Assembly: GCF_009834535.1 (NCBI RefSeq) | Contig: NC_045697.1 | Coordinates: 8,372,001 to 8,436,000, forward strand | Direction: 5' to 3' | Source: Camelus ferus | Lineage: Eukaryota | Length of the DNA stretch: 64,000 bases | Shown: positions 13,291 through 26,260 of the stretch, piece by piece | Numbering within the stretch: the stretch's first letter is position 1 | How the letters are laid out: each line of letters begins with the position of its first letter | Notes under the pieces: model-generated | Database searches by the model: none | Told to the model about the DNA's origin: nothing | Seen by the model: the letters and a program-made list of their open reading frames with translations, nothing else | Made by a program: the position numbers and the translations under genes

Positions 13291-16200
13291 CATGTTTTCT
13301 CCAATTTATTTGATTGAAAGCCTACTCATCCGTCAGATAATTCTTCCTCTGTGTACCAAAGCACTACACTAGAATCACGCATACTGCCTTGTTAGTTTTT
13401 CATTAACTTTCCCTCCTCTTCTCTAGATCACAAAATCCACAGAAACAGAGGTGGTGCGTTCTATGTGTTCGTGCCTCCTACACCATGTTGTAAATAGTCA
13501 CCATGCTGTTGAATGTCTCTAGGTGGTAAATCCCGTGAAAGTAGGGATCAGGGTTTTTTTTTTATCAACATGTATCCAGCAACTGTCACCGTGTGTAGCA
13601 GGCACTAAGATAATGTTTGCAGAATAAATATAAGTGCGTTACAGGTTACAAAACTCTCTCCTAGGTGTGATGCCATGAGTCCTACACAGAATACGGTTAC
13701 GCAGACCAGGTGTGACCACCTCATTTTCCAGAAAGAAAGGCTTAGTGATACAGATTTCCCAATGATTTGCTGACTAAATAGGCACTGAGTGATGCCTCAG
13801 AACTAAATCTCATTTCAAGTCCAATATGCTTTCCCCTAAACAATACTGATTGATTGATAAACAGCAGTCGGGGGTAGGAACATATCTGGAGATTGAGATT
13901 AGTAGGCAGACACAAGGTGCCCCGTTCATTTAACAAAGCTAACACACCATGATTTACTCAAAGAAAAGTCATAAAAAGCACATTTACTGAGCACATAAAA
14001 GGTAACTGATAAATGTTTGATCTCATTGAATTGAATTACATAAAATAAAACGGAATGGAAAAGTTTGGCTTGAATCAAAATATACTGAGATAATTTAAAA
14101 GTGAGTTTTATGGCATCTGTTCCTCCCTGATTGTCCGTATTTTTTAATAAAATTGGGGCTGGGAGTAGAAAGGGGGAAGAAGGTTGTAGGCAGGCTGGCA
14201 ACTATAAATTGTTGGCTTTGATTCATTAAAATGTGTCAAGTAACCTATAAACAGGTCAGCCCCCAGAACCCTGTGTTGTAAACTCATCTTAAAACATGAG
14301 TCTCGCTATCTTCTGGGCATGTTTTCTTTACCCAAACTCTTTGCCACAACTCCTCCCGTCCCCAACAAATCTACCATTTTCCTCACTCATTTTTCGTTAG
14401 ATGTCATGGGGGCAAAGCATTCAGGCAGTCTAGTTTATGCTAAGACAGGAAGGACTGACAGAGAGCAACTCAGCCCAGGTGCTGTCAGTGCCTTCCCTGT
14501 ATCCCCGGTCCAAGATGTGCCCACGGGGACTTACTGCGAACACTGGTGACGCTCTGCCTTAGAGCCTGGTGCAAGCATGACAGACAAGATGAAAGGAAAG
14601 CATCTGCAGTCCCTGGGGTCAGTGTCAATCAATGAGAGTGGAAAAGATAACCACTCTAACTTCCTCACCCTTCTGATGGAACAACTCTGCAGGAAGTGTT
14701 GAATATATTTCTGAGTTCCCCAAAGGGCTGGATCTTTGGTTGCCAATAGCAGTCCACCTTTTCAACAGCAAACCTCTCCTGGTTTCCTTTTCCCTATCTG
14801 CTCCCCACCCCACACTAGTGCTCCCCAGAATCATCTCCAAAATAAACGGCTTCTAGGAAAGTCCAAGCCTGAGTTGTGTTACCCATTCGGGGGCATTTAT
14901 AGTTTTAAAGCAAAAAGCCAGACTGACAACCCAAAGGAATACCAGTAATGAGGGACTTTTAATAAATAAGATAGCTCTGGGGGACAAACTGCCACCTGGG
15001 GATTTGTCAGCAGCATCTCTGGGGGTGGGCACGCTGTCTGTCAACAGAACAGACAGGCTGGCTTGGTGGAGAGAGCACTGGACCAGGTGTCGGAGACCTG
15101 GGTTCTCGTGTTGTCATTGCCACCAACTCGCTGCTCAGCCTCGTTTTTCTCTCTGATCTCTCCGATCTTTGGTTTTTCTCTTCTGGAAACTTACAAGATT
15201 GGATTATTTGATCCCTAGGGCCCTGTTGGGCTCCCAGTTCCCATGAATCCATGGAAGGGGATGAAGTGCGTGGCACCTCTTTAAAGGTATGTTCCACAAG
15301 TCATTAATAAACAAGCAAACTGTTCACACAGCACGAGCTCTAAGAGGGACTGTTTAATTAGGCACACGAGACATTCCAATCTGTCTAGACAGGCTTCTCT
15401 TTTTCCCCAGGATGCCTTCGGCCAGGCCTGCTCTGACACTGTGACAAGGTGTCCTTTGGCTGCAGACAGCGATTTTGTTGGGTGATAATTCTAATGCCAC
15501 AGAGTCAGCTGTAGAACTTTCTTTAGTTTTAATGCTGTTTGTCTTTCCAAGGGGAACTAACTGGGGGCAGTTACCCAAGCAATAGCCAAGAGAGGCAGTC
15601 TGCGCACAAGAGTCACCAAAAAGTAGCTTCTGGTACAGCCCTCGTGCTTACCTGTCTGTCACAAGTGGGCTTTTTAGTTACTGCCCTCTTTTGTCCCCAT
15701 ATTAAAGGGAAAGTCCAAGTTATGTAATTAACGCTCCCTCTTTCCCACCATACAGTTATTCATCCCAAGACCTCCGACAGAAGTCTGAGCAGAGAAAGGG
15801 ATCCTGGATGCCTAGAGTCTTCAACCCTCAAACTTGAGTCTTGTGACAACACTGGAAAACTGATTATAAATTCCTTGATCTTTCAAGTGAAAACAGGCTT
15901 TAAATCTGTGGACAATATTGACAGGACTCATTTGGTCTGAGGATTGGAGATGACATACAGGAAATGACTGCTGGTATTTGGAAAGAATTTTCAAGGCGCA
16001 GTCAGTTGATTAGACAAGCACAACTCATAGGATGTGAATAAAAACCCTGATTTTTTTGTCTCTTACGGTCTTTTTCAAAATTATTCAGAGGAGGAAGATG
16101 AAAAATTGTCTGGAACCATAACTTTTTATTTCACTCTTGTAGTTCTTCTGCCTTATTAAGTCACAAAGCACAATTTCAACTCAGTTACTGAAAGCCTCTG

Positions 16201-16344
16201 CCCAAGGCACTATTTCCAAGTCACTCTTCTCTCCAGGTGGGACGCCTCCCACCCCTCCCCCACCTAAGGCTAAGGGGCAGCTGTCTTCAGAGAAGGTGTA
16301 TTTGGCTTCTGTCCTTTTTATCTTCTATTTCTTCCCCGACTCAC

Positions 16345-16435
16345 TAGATGCTGCTCCACACCCCATAAAAGTCAAAAGAATGAGTTGGCAAAAGAGAAGG
16401 AGAAAGGGCAGTCCTGCTGACGTGAACGTCTTCAT
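16345..16435 (-). CDS. candidate first coding exon encoding signal-peptide/anchor-like MKTFTSAGLPFLLLFCQLILLTFMGCGAAS, phase-1 donor
   Basis: ATG at 16435 with A at -3; 91 nt = 30 codons + 1; followed by GTGAGT (16344-16339). Basic N-terminus, long hydrophobic core, small-residue C-region; unique sequence. Host gene not recognised. Confidence 0.45.
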
Positions 16436-17989
16436 GCTCGCTGGGCCCGGCGAGGGCACAGCAGTGACTTTCCTCGTGGATGCTCGGAAAGTTGTCTGGA
16501 AGCTTCTCTGCCGGACCCTCCATCTACCACTCTGACGTGGACCATGCCTCTCCTTCAGCTGGCTGCTTCCCCCCGCCCTAGACTCCCCAGGGATAAGGCT
16601 CACATCCACTGTGGCATTTGAGCCTAAGTGCGCTCCCAGGCAGCCCTCTTGGGCAAGACATGAAATGGCCCCTGGCTGGCTCTGTCACCACCTGGTCCAC
16701 GAAACATGCTCCTGTACTTCCTCCTCCACTGGTTGCTTCCCCAGCACTGTACTTTATTTGTTCTGACCTGACATGGTTGCTATAGCTTTTCCGAGGTGAT
16801 GGTGTATCTTGGTCCTTGTTGTCCACCAACCGCCGGGAACATAAGTGAAGCTTAATGAGTGGCCCCATCGAAGCCCTCCAAACATGAGAAAGATGTAACA
16901 CCCCCACCCTTCACTCTCAGCAGGAAAAAGACCACCCTCGCCTGCACCTCAGTCTTTCTCTTCATTTTCTCAAACATTTACATTCTCAAAGCAGATGACA
17001 GAGTACAAGAATCATAGGGCTGGTTCCTGATCATCTCCTTGGAAGATTATCCCCAGAGCAGCCTGCCCATATTCACTTTATCTAAAATCTACCATATTTA
17101 TTACATGCGTAAAATTTTGTGCCTAAAATTCTCTTTCCAAATAATAGCAATGATAGATCATTTTCACTAATTGCTTATAGAGTATATAAGAGTTTTAGAA
17201 CTGTGCCTGCAACAGAGGCACTTAACAAACATCTATGAATTTATTAATGAGGTATTTTGCATTTATGAATTTGTTTAAGAAACATTTGGGGCTCTCTTAT
17301 TTGGACCTGTTTTCCAGACTCCTTGAACAAAGTTTATCCCACTGTAAATACTGAATAAATATTTATTAAATGAATAAACTAATGAGGTATTTTTTGAAAT
17401 CTTGTAGAACAAATTTAAGGCATTTGCCATTTAATTTCACAAACTTTTGTTGAACACGTGCTACATACCAAATGGTTCTGGTAAGCATTTCTCTCTGATG
17501 TTCCTAAAATGCCCCATCCTACCCTCTAAGGCACTTATTAAACTGTATCACAACAGTAAGTTTACTTATCTGCATTCTCTACCTGAAAAGAAATGGTAAA
17601 TATAAAATACCTTTGCCCATGTTTCTTAATGTATTCAGAAAACAACTGACTCTTTTGAAGGGTTAAATTAATATTCTGTTTAATAAAATAAAATTTAAAA
17701 TTCTTTTGAGTCAAGCCTGCTTTGCCATCTTACAAAAGGTCCCAGGAGTATGCAATGCCTGAGGCCACAATAAAACAGACATCATTCCTTCTCAGAGCTG
17801 TGAAGGTGATGAACTGAGCTGTGCAGGAAACCAGGTCACACCATGAAGACTGCCATTAAGAAAAAAAAAAAAAAGACCCACAGATTGACATCAATTTTGT
17901 TGTTGTTGTTTTGCCTAATAATGAATCAGTCTAAGAAATCCAAAGTTCAAGTTAGGGACAATTTTACCAAATATTTACCCCAAGACAGT

Positions 17990-20900
17990 AGAAGACAAAA
18001 ATTAATTGACTCTTAAAAGAAAAATCACATATGTAAAAGTAAAATGAATAGAAAAAATAGCACAGTGTAGGAAAGACAAATGGAAATACACTTTTGTAAG
18101 GATCTTATGTGATGGACACTATTAAATCATAACAGACAAAAATAAAACAAAAATCAAAATGATAGACAAAGTAAAGCAATATCAGTAACCATGTAAATGA
18201 ACTAAAAACATCAATCAATAGCAGAAAATCCGAGAGTGAACTGAAAACAGAAAGCAAGATGCAACCATAGGTTGTGTATTTTTAGATGCACTTTAAATGG
18301 AAAGACAAGATACATTAAAGGTAGCGAATAGAAAAGCATGTATCATGCCAATACTAGTAAGAAAGATGAGTGTCTATATTAATATTAGACAAAATAAACT
18401 TTAGGACATGGAGTATTACTGGAAATAATGAGAGATATTTTTAAATGATAGCATGGTCAATTCATCAAGAAGAAATAGCAATACTAAATATATATTTACC
18501 AAATAAAAAAGCTTTATAATACAGCAAGTAAAAACTAAAGAACTAAAGGGACAAATAGATAAACACAAATAATATCTGGAGATCTTAACACTGTATGAAT
18601 ATTTCCTGCAAAAGCAGACAAAAATTTAAAAACTGTCTAGAAAATCTGAAAGTGCCATCTGTCAACCAAACTGACCTTATTCTTTATAAAACCCTACAAC
18701 CATCAACTCCAGAATACACATTCTTTTCATTTGTCAACAGAATATTCACCAAGATAGAACATTTATTAGGCCATAAAAAGGCTTCAATAAATTTAAAAAT
18801 ATTGAAATTATTCAGAGCATATTCTCTAAATATAGAAGAATTAAAATAGATCTCAATACCAAAAATATAGCTGGAAAACCTAATAGTTAAAAATTAAGAA
18901 ACACACTACAAATTAACCAAAGTCAAAGAAAAAATAACAAGCTAAATTAGAAAATACTTTGGACTGAATGACAAAACATACCTAAACATGCACTGGGATG
19001 CAGCTAAATCACTGCTTAAAGTAAATTTTATAGCTCTATATGCTTGTACTAGAAAATAATAAAGGTTTACAGGTTTATAGGAGCTAGAAATAAAAAGAGG
19101 AAATTAAATCTGAAGTCAGTAGAAGGAAGAAAATAATGTAAAAGAAACTAATAAAATAGAAGATAAAAAGCACAGAGGAAATCATATAAAACCAAATATT
19201 TGGCTCTTTGACAACGTTAATAATAAATCTCTACCTAAACTCAGCAAGAAAACAAAATGTGGGAAAACACAAATTATCAGTATCAAGAATGAAAGAGGAA
19301 AGGGGGCTGAATATAGTTCAGTGGGAGAGTTCATGCTTAGCATGCATGAGGTCCTGGGTTCAATCCCTGGTACCTCCACTAAAAATAATATGTAAATAAA
19401 TAAACCTAATTAACCCTCTCCCAGAAAAAATAAAATAAAATAAAAATTTTAAAGACAAAAAAGGGATGAAAGAGGAAATAACATCATAGATCCTATACAC
19501 CTAAAAAAATAGAAAATCTAAATAGTCATATTTATCAATGAAATTGAATTAGTAAATAAAAAGCATACCATAAAGTAAGCTCCAGAGATGGCATCACTAG
19601 TGGATTCCATCAAATAGGTAAGTAAAAAATAATAGCAATCTTGCTCCCTTATTTTATGAGCCCAGCATAACAATGATATCAAAATCGCTCAAAGACATTA
19701 AAAGAAAACTAATGAGCAACACTGCACATGAATATAGACAGAAAATACGTATTTTCTTAAATTAGCCTTTCAAATGCTGTAACATTTTAAAAAGATAATG
19801 TATTATGATTAAGAAAAGTTCATCCAAGAAATGCAAAATTGGTTTAAAAACCCAATTAATGTAAAGCTTTTCCCCCCAAATGGGAACAAGGCAAGTGATA
19901 CAGTCTCACTTAGATAGTCAATTAAGTTTTGACAAAATATACAGAACAATTCAATGAGGTAAGAATGTTTTTCAATAAATTGTGCTAGAATAACTAGATA
20001 TAGGGGAAAATTGTATAAACCCTTACCTCACACCATACACACACATAACAACTGAAAATAAATCATAGACCTACAGGTAAAAAGCAAACTATGACGTATA
20101 GGAGACTATCTTCATAGCCTGCAAGTAGGCAAAGATTTTCTGTGCAGAACCCTTCAAGTACTAGCCATAAAAGGGGAAAAAAAAGATAAACTGGACTTCA
20201 TCAAAATTGGACTTTTATTCATCAAAAGAAACAATTAGGAAAATGGCTAGACAAGTCATACAATGGAAGAAAATAATTGCAGAATAAATCGAACAAAGAC
20301 TTGTAACCAGAATATATAAAGAACATCTAAAACTCAAACATAAAAAGTCAAGAAAACCTATATAGAAATGACAGGGGTGGGTGGGAAGCAAAATTCTTGA
20401 ACAGACATAGATGAATGAAGATGAACAAAATAGATGAATGGCCTAAAAGTTCATGACAAGGTACTCGACATTAGTCATCAGGAAAATGGAAATTAAAACC
20501 ACCTGGAGATACTGCTACACACTCATTAAAAAGGCTAAAATGTTAAAGACAACATACCAAGTGCTGATGGGGATAAGGAGTAACTGGAATGCTCATAACT
20601 TATTGATGAGTGTGTAAAATAGTACAACTGATTTGGAAAATGGTTTGGCAGTTTCTTATAAAATTAAACATCCTATAATCCATGAAAACTTATGTTCTAT
20701 GTCCACAAACATATTTGCCAAAGAATGTTCACCGCTCTTTTTTTATGAAAGCCAAAAACTAAAAACAAACAAAAAACCCCACAAATGTTCCATAAGAAAA
20801 AATAAATAAACAAACTTCAGAATATTTATATAATGTAATACTACTTAGTAATAAAAGGAACAAACTATTGATATACCCAACGATAGGGAATGAGTCTCAA

Positions 20901-21200
20901 AACACTGCTGAGTGAATTAAAAACAAGTACAAAACGGTTCATACTGTCTGGTTCCGTTTATATGAAGTTCTAGGGAAAGTTAAACCAACAGTGAAAGAAA
21001 TCAAAATAGTGGCTGTTTTAGGGGAGAAGGATGTGCAGGAATTGGCTAGAAGTGGGCATGAAGGAACTTTCTAGAGGATGGAGGTGTTCTATACCTTATA
21101 AAGATGTGTGTTATACACATTGTATGCATTTGTTAGAACTGACCAAACTGTACACTTAAAATCTTTGCTCTTTGAATATAAGTTATACCTCAATAAAATA
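17990..21200 (+). mobile_element. old, internally deleted L1 (L1MC/MD/ME-like): ORF2 remnants + 3' UTR
   Basis: Endonuclease-like peptide 'TLQPSTPEYTFFSFVNRIFTKIEHLLGHK' (ORF 18595-18849), L1 C-terminal motifs ('ccttacctcacaccatacac','ctggacttcatcaaaatt'), 3' end 'ttatacctcaataaa'; strongly A-rich. Confidence 0.92.
19302..19465 (+). mobile_element. tRNA-derived SINE of camelid (Vic-1-like) type nested in L1
   Basis: tRNA-like head with A box and B box 'gggttcaatccc', 'taaataaacctaatta' tail, A-rich end; perfect 13-bp TSD atgaaagaggaaa at 19289-19301 and 19466-19478. Confidence 0.9.
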
Positions 21201-21459
21201 TGACATCTTACTAACAAAAAAAAATGTGCTAGAGTAACACAAGTGTTACAATAGAAATGACTGACATGAGCAACAGTGGCATGAAAGGAAGTGGTCACAC
21301 TTGGTTGGGAGAGGCGGGGGAGTCTGGAGAGAAGAATTAGATACAGGTCTTGATGTATATTGATAGGAGATTGGCATGGAGGACAAAACTCAAGTGGAGG
21401 ATGGTTATTTGGGGCCCAGGAATTTCCTGGCATTACTCAAGTTAGTGTGCATGAGAGGC

Positions 21460-21715
21460 AATAGAGCTGGTGGTTAACAGCTTGTCAACTGAAGCCAAAC
21501 TACCTGGGTTTATGTTTTAGCCCCACCACGTATTAGCTATGAGACTTTGGGCAAGTTCCCTAACATCTTTGTGCCTCATTTTTCTTATTTGTAAAATAGA
21601 AAAAATAATATTACTTACCTCAAATGGGCATTGTGAGAAGAGTATGTTTCCATACATGTGAAACACTTAGACAAGTATCTGGTGCATACTTGAGTCGCAC
21701 TAAATATTAGCTGTC
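21460..21715 (+). mobile_element. near full-length MIR
   Basis: 'tggtggttaacagc...cctgggttt...ttgggcaagtt...gtgcctcatttttcttatttgtaaaatag...taaatattagct'. Confidence 0.9.
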
Positions 21716-22189
21716 AGCATTACTTACGTTTTCCTGAAGAAAGATAATCAGGACCATGGGTCTTGCTAGAGAGGAGGGGGACAGGAGATGAGAACAATGG
21801 AAGATGAAAGGCTGTCTACTCCCCAGCCAACCCAGTGAACTGAATCGTAACACCTACGAAAAAGGTAGCTGAAGCCAGAAAGCTAAGAGGCTGTTGAGGG
21901 GACTTTATGAGATCTCAAGGTGCTATTCCAAGGTCGGTGGCAAAGAAGGACCCAGAGCTGGAAAGAGGGCATTCCCACCTTGCAGAGTTGCCACCAGCAG
22001 AGTTTTATGCAATGACAGTAACTAGGGCAGCTAGTCTTGCTGCAACTAACGAAGGTGACATTGATCACCATGGATGGGAGGGTCGGGGGGTCAATTTAAC
22101 CATTCCATTAAATATTATCATATTTATTCCATTTGAAATCACTCTTACAGTCATACTTTGACAACCATTTTGAAACATTTTGGGAGATG

Positions 22190-22560
22190 CAGGGAAGGCA
22201 TGGGCATCAGGGTCAGACAGATCCAAATTCCAACAAGCTCTAAGAGGATATTTATTACCTGCAACACTGTCAGCAAATCACCCAACTTCTCTGAGCTTCA
22301 CTGCTTTTATCTGTGAAAATAATATCACACACTTCCACTGCTCATTAACTGAAGTATAATACATCAGCTATGTTCTATATGGCACGTTCTAATGAACTAA
22401 TCCTCACGATACCCTCTGAGGTAGGTACTGCTGTCATCTTCATTTTATGCCTTATTGAAGAAGCTCAGAGAATTACACAATCTGCTTACGGTCACAAAGC
22501 TAGCAAATGGTGGGGCTCAGTTACAGACCCAGATATTCAGGATATGGATTTGTGTCCGAG
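22190..22560. mobile_element. two MIR fragments in opposite orientation
   Basis: + core at ~22190-22330 ('ttctctgagcttcactgcttttatctgtgaaa'); - core at ~22370-22560 ('gaagctcagagaattacacaatctgcttacggtcacaaagctag'). Confidence 0.7.
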
Positions 22561-23662
22561 TCTGAAGATTCGACTGGTCTCTAGCACATATTAGGGTCAG
22601 TGAGAACCACTCTGGATCAGGTAAAAACAATACATGGGACACTGGTAGATGCTTAATGCTGGGTTGGGCTTAGGAGAGGATGTCCTCTGTCTTGTGACCC
22701 AGCGTTACCCACAATTAGGCAGTCTGTTTGCCTGTCTCACTAAGCCGTGTCCACCAGTCTTATCACTTATCAATCAACGGGTGATATTTTAACCCTATTT
22801 GCCTTATTCTTTTATCATATTTCTCAACCCAGATAGTGAAACCAGAGTGGGGTTGGGGAGCTCCTCACCCATCTCTCGAACCCCAGTACTTCCTCCCAGC
22901 TATGGGCTATGAGACTTCCTCTGCATTGTATACCTCATTCCAAACTTCTTCAGATGCTTGGAAGGGAAAAGATGGCTTGTAGGTAAAATGAAGGTAATTT
23001 CATTTGAAGGTTACTTGTTTCAAGGCAACATCTTGTCCTTCTGAGTCATTTCTTTCAAACTTTCTTACCCAATAATTATAACATTCTTCCAGGAATTAGC
23101 TAAGCCAGGATTGCCCTTGCCTAGCCTACACTGGCCAACATACACATCTCATTACAGAAGGAGAAAACTGTCCAAGTCACCATGAATTCAGAAGAGCTGC
23201 TACCAAGATGATTCAAGCAGAGATATTTAAAACAGACTCAACCTCACAGGGCTTTTCTGAGCTCACATCATTCAAACCTGAGCAAGGCCATTTCATTAAT
23301 GTTGTCACTGAGATCTCACACAGCATTATCACACTCTGTCCTTCCCTTCCTGAGGACGGATCTAGTTCTTGGACTGGAAATCAAGACTCCAGCTCCCTCA
23401 GTGAGCTGCTGATGTTTGATTTGTTCTCCAGCCTCACTCTTCCTGCTCTGCCAAATTGAGTGAAATATTTTCCCTAAGGCCATTATAGCAAATAGGGTGG
23501 GTCAGACTGACACATATAAATGTATATTTTTTTGAGAGGAGCTGAATTTGGAAATGAAAAAAAAAAAAAAAGACTACAATGCAACCAGATGAATCCCATT
23601 CACAGAAAGATTCAGACCAGGAAATTAAATTTTATCCCTACTCAGTGTGGTTTCTGGATCTA

Positions 23663-24300
23663 ACTTCATTCATTCATTCATTCCACGAATATTTACTGTG
23701 TGCCAAGGAGGGTATTTAGTGCCAAGAATACAAAATCCTTTCTCCAAAAGAGTTTACAGTATAGAGGGGTTAACACACAAGTAAGTCAGCGAGTATGTAA
23801 TCATAGATGGTCAATTGTAATACACTCAACTCCTGAACAGTGCCAAAGTTCGAGGTGAAGACCCTCCACACAGTTAAAAGTCTAAAAGTCTGCATGTAAT
23901 TCATAGCTGGCCATCCACATACATGGCTCCTCTGGTGTCCTCGGTTTTGCGTTTGCGGATTCAAGCAACCACCGATCATGTAGTAGTGTAGCGCCTACCA
24001 TTGAAAAGCAGCTGTGCATAAATGGACACACACAGTTCAAATGCATGTCCAAGGGTCAACTGTACTTCGTGCACTGAACATGTAACACATGATAGACAAG
24101 AGAGAGGGCAGAGTGTTCTGGGAATGGAAAAGTGGCACCTAACCCAGACCTGAGGGAAGGAAATGATTTCAGGTGAGAAGACCTTTGAATGGAGCATTAG
24201 AATGCCTAAGGGTTGACCAGTCGGAAGAGAAAAGGAGGTTCCCATTTAAGAGAACATGTCCAAATGGCAAGATTATGTCTGAGGAACTGTATGAAAATGT
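23663..24300 (-). mobile_element. L2 LINE fragment interrupted by a Tigger MITE
   Basis: 'ttcattcattcattcattccacgaatatttactgtgtgccaagg' antisense L2 tail; L2-like sequence resumes after 24064. Confidence 0.7.
23823..24062. mobile_element. Tigger2a-like (TcMar) MITE
   Basis: TA flanks at 23821-22 and 24063-64; degenerate TIRs 'cactcaactcctgaaca' / 'tgtccaagggtcaactg'; internal 'gcggattcaagcaaccaccgatc'. Confidence 0.85.
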
Positions 24301-24699
24301 CACTGACTAGAGAGAACTGCACATGAACGGCTATCCTCCATCCGACATTTGGCACTATTTGGCAAAATACTATATAGTAGTTTCAAAAGGTACAGAAGAA
24401 CAGATTTAGTTATTGACCTAAGAAAGACCACCATTTTGCTGGGATAGATGATTGTCATGAGTGAAATAATACTTACCAAGAAACATACAAAAGGGGAAAC
24501 AGGACAGCTATTCGTAACTGGAACTGGGATTCTCAGAATTCTTTGGGAAATGAGATAATTTTATTAATTCAGTTTTTCTGGTGAATTAATCACTTCTTTT
24601 CATCACTATTCCTGAAATGCCTTCTTAAAAATTGATACAATCTCTTACCTCAAATATATAAAGAACTTAGGATGATGCCTGGTAAAAATAAGCATCACC

Positions 24700-24830
24700 T
24701 GGCAGTGGCAGTAGCGGCAGCAGTGGCGGACAGGATCTCCAATGGCCACAGCAGGAGGGCGGGCAGCAGCACCGGCAGGAGCAGAGCTACACCAGCAGCA
24801 GCAGTTCCAGTGGTATTAGTACTAGTAGTG
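24700..24830 (+). repeat. degenerate (GCA/GTA)n low-complexity tract
   Basis: 'ggcagtggcagtagcggcagcagtggcgg...cagcagcagcagttccagtggtattagtactagtagt'. Confidence 0.7.
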
Positions 24831-25819
24831 AGAATAACATACAACCAAAATATAATTTTGCCTTGTTGGCCCTAAAGCATGCAAAAGCTTAGAGTCCTTA
24901 TTAAAAGTAGCAATTCTCTTTGCCCAGGTGTGTAATGGATGCTATGGGAGACTGTAACCTAATCAGAGAAGTTGAGTTTAAGAAACCTTAGAGATCAGGT
25001 ACCTCAAGTGTAGTTTAAAAAAAAAAATCTCTGCTATTAACTCAATTGTCATCTCCTTCAAGCCTCATTCACAGATTCCCTAATTCTCTATTCTTGGCAG
25101 AATGGTCACATCTTCCCCCTGCTCATAGAGCACTTTTTGTATGAGCACTGGTCACTGTCATGATTGCAGTGATTTCTGTCTTTTCCCTGGACAGTCGCCT
25201 TCTGAAGACTGTCATCCGTGTCCTGTTCATGTGGGTATTTCAGGCATTGGATAGAATACCTAGATCATGGTAAATGTTCAATTAAAAATCGTTACATTTA
25301 ACTGGCTCTCTTTGTTATTTGTCTCTTCTACAGAGCATAAGGAAAGATAAAACTCAGGTAAAGTGTAAATTCAAATGAGTAGGCTCTGGTAAGTGAAGTT
25401 TCCACTCTTCTTAAAGGTATGGGCTAATGAAATAAAGCCCACCTACAACAAACTTGGAAAACGTCACATCTCAGCGCATAATCACACAGTCCTCATCACA
25501 CGTTCACATGAGCCCTGACAAAGTTTAGAGGGCATCTTAGTGTTTTTAAAAAATATCAAAAATCAATTGAAAAGAGAGAAAATCTCAACTTCAGTAAGAA
25601 CGTCCTTCAGGTGTTGACAGGGGAAATGAACATTGGGGTGTGGGGTCCTTCAGAGAGGGAACTCACAGAGGAAATACATATCAAGTAAACCAACAGCTTG
25701 CAGTATAACAGGGCAAATTCACCAATAAAATGAAATAACTAAAATGTGTTGAATGGTTACTATGTGCCAGTAACTACCTAAAGAGCTATATGAACCCACC
25801 GTAGTCTCACAAAACCATG

Positions 25820-26260
25820 TACCAGAGAAGAAACTAGGGCTCAATCTAGATAGTCCAACAGAAGGTATTTAATACAGAAACCTAGTTACAAATATACTGG
25901 GAAATCTGAATAACTAAATCGAGAATGGTAAGGCAACCCAAAGATGAGCAGAAATATGAAGACACACAACACCCTAGAGGAATGCAGGTGGGAGGGACAC
26001 AGAAACAGGGTGAGAGAACCAGCGCTGAGGAGCCAGAGCAACAGAAGAAACTTGGACCTACAATGGAGGCCACCCAGCAGGAGCTGGGACCAAGGAGGAG
26101 TGACTCCGACCACATGACTTCTCCCTTCCTTGGCCCTCCAATCTCTTTTCAGTGCCTACCATTGACTGAACACTGTGAGAGGCAAGAGAGCCTGGGAAAT
26201 AAGTTTTGAGAGGAAAGATGAGTAATGGTTCTGAGACCAAACTAGTAAGTGATCAACACA
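25820..26260 (-). mobile_element. ancient LTR remnant (ERVL/Gypsy-like)
   Basis: 'gaaggtatttaatacagaaacctagttaca' and 'cctccaatctcttttcagtgcctaccattgactgaac' motifs; a similar remnant lies at ~32660-33130. Confidence 0.45.

Noticed and set aside
18595..18849. ORF with endonuclease-like peptide
   Set aside because: Decayed L1 ORF2 fragment surrounded by stops and frameshifts; not a gene.
19302..19378. tRNA-like sequence
   Set aside because: It is the head of a SINE (tail and TSD present), not a tRNA gene.
22190..22560. Inverted MIR pair as a possible hairpin or miRNA source
   Set aside because: The copies are too diverged for extended pairing by eye.
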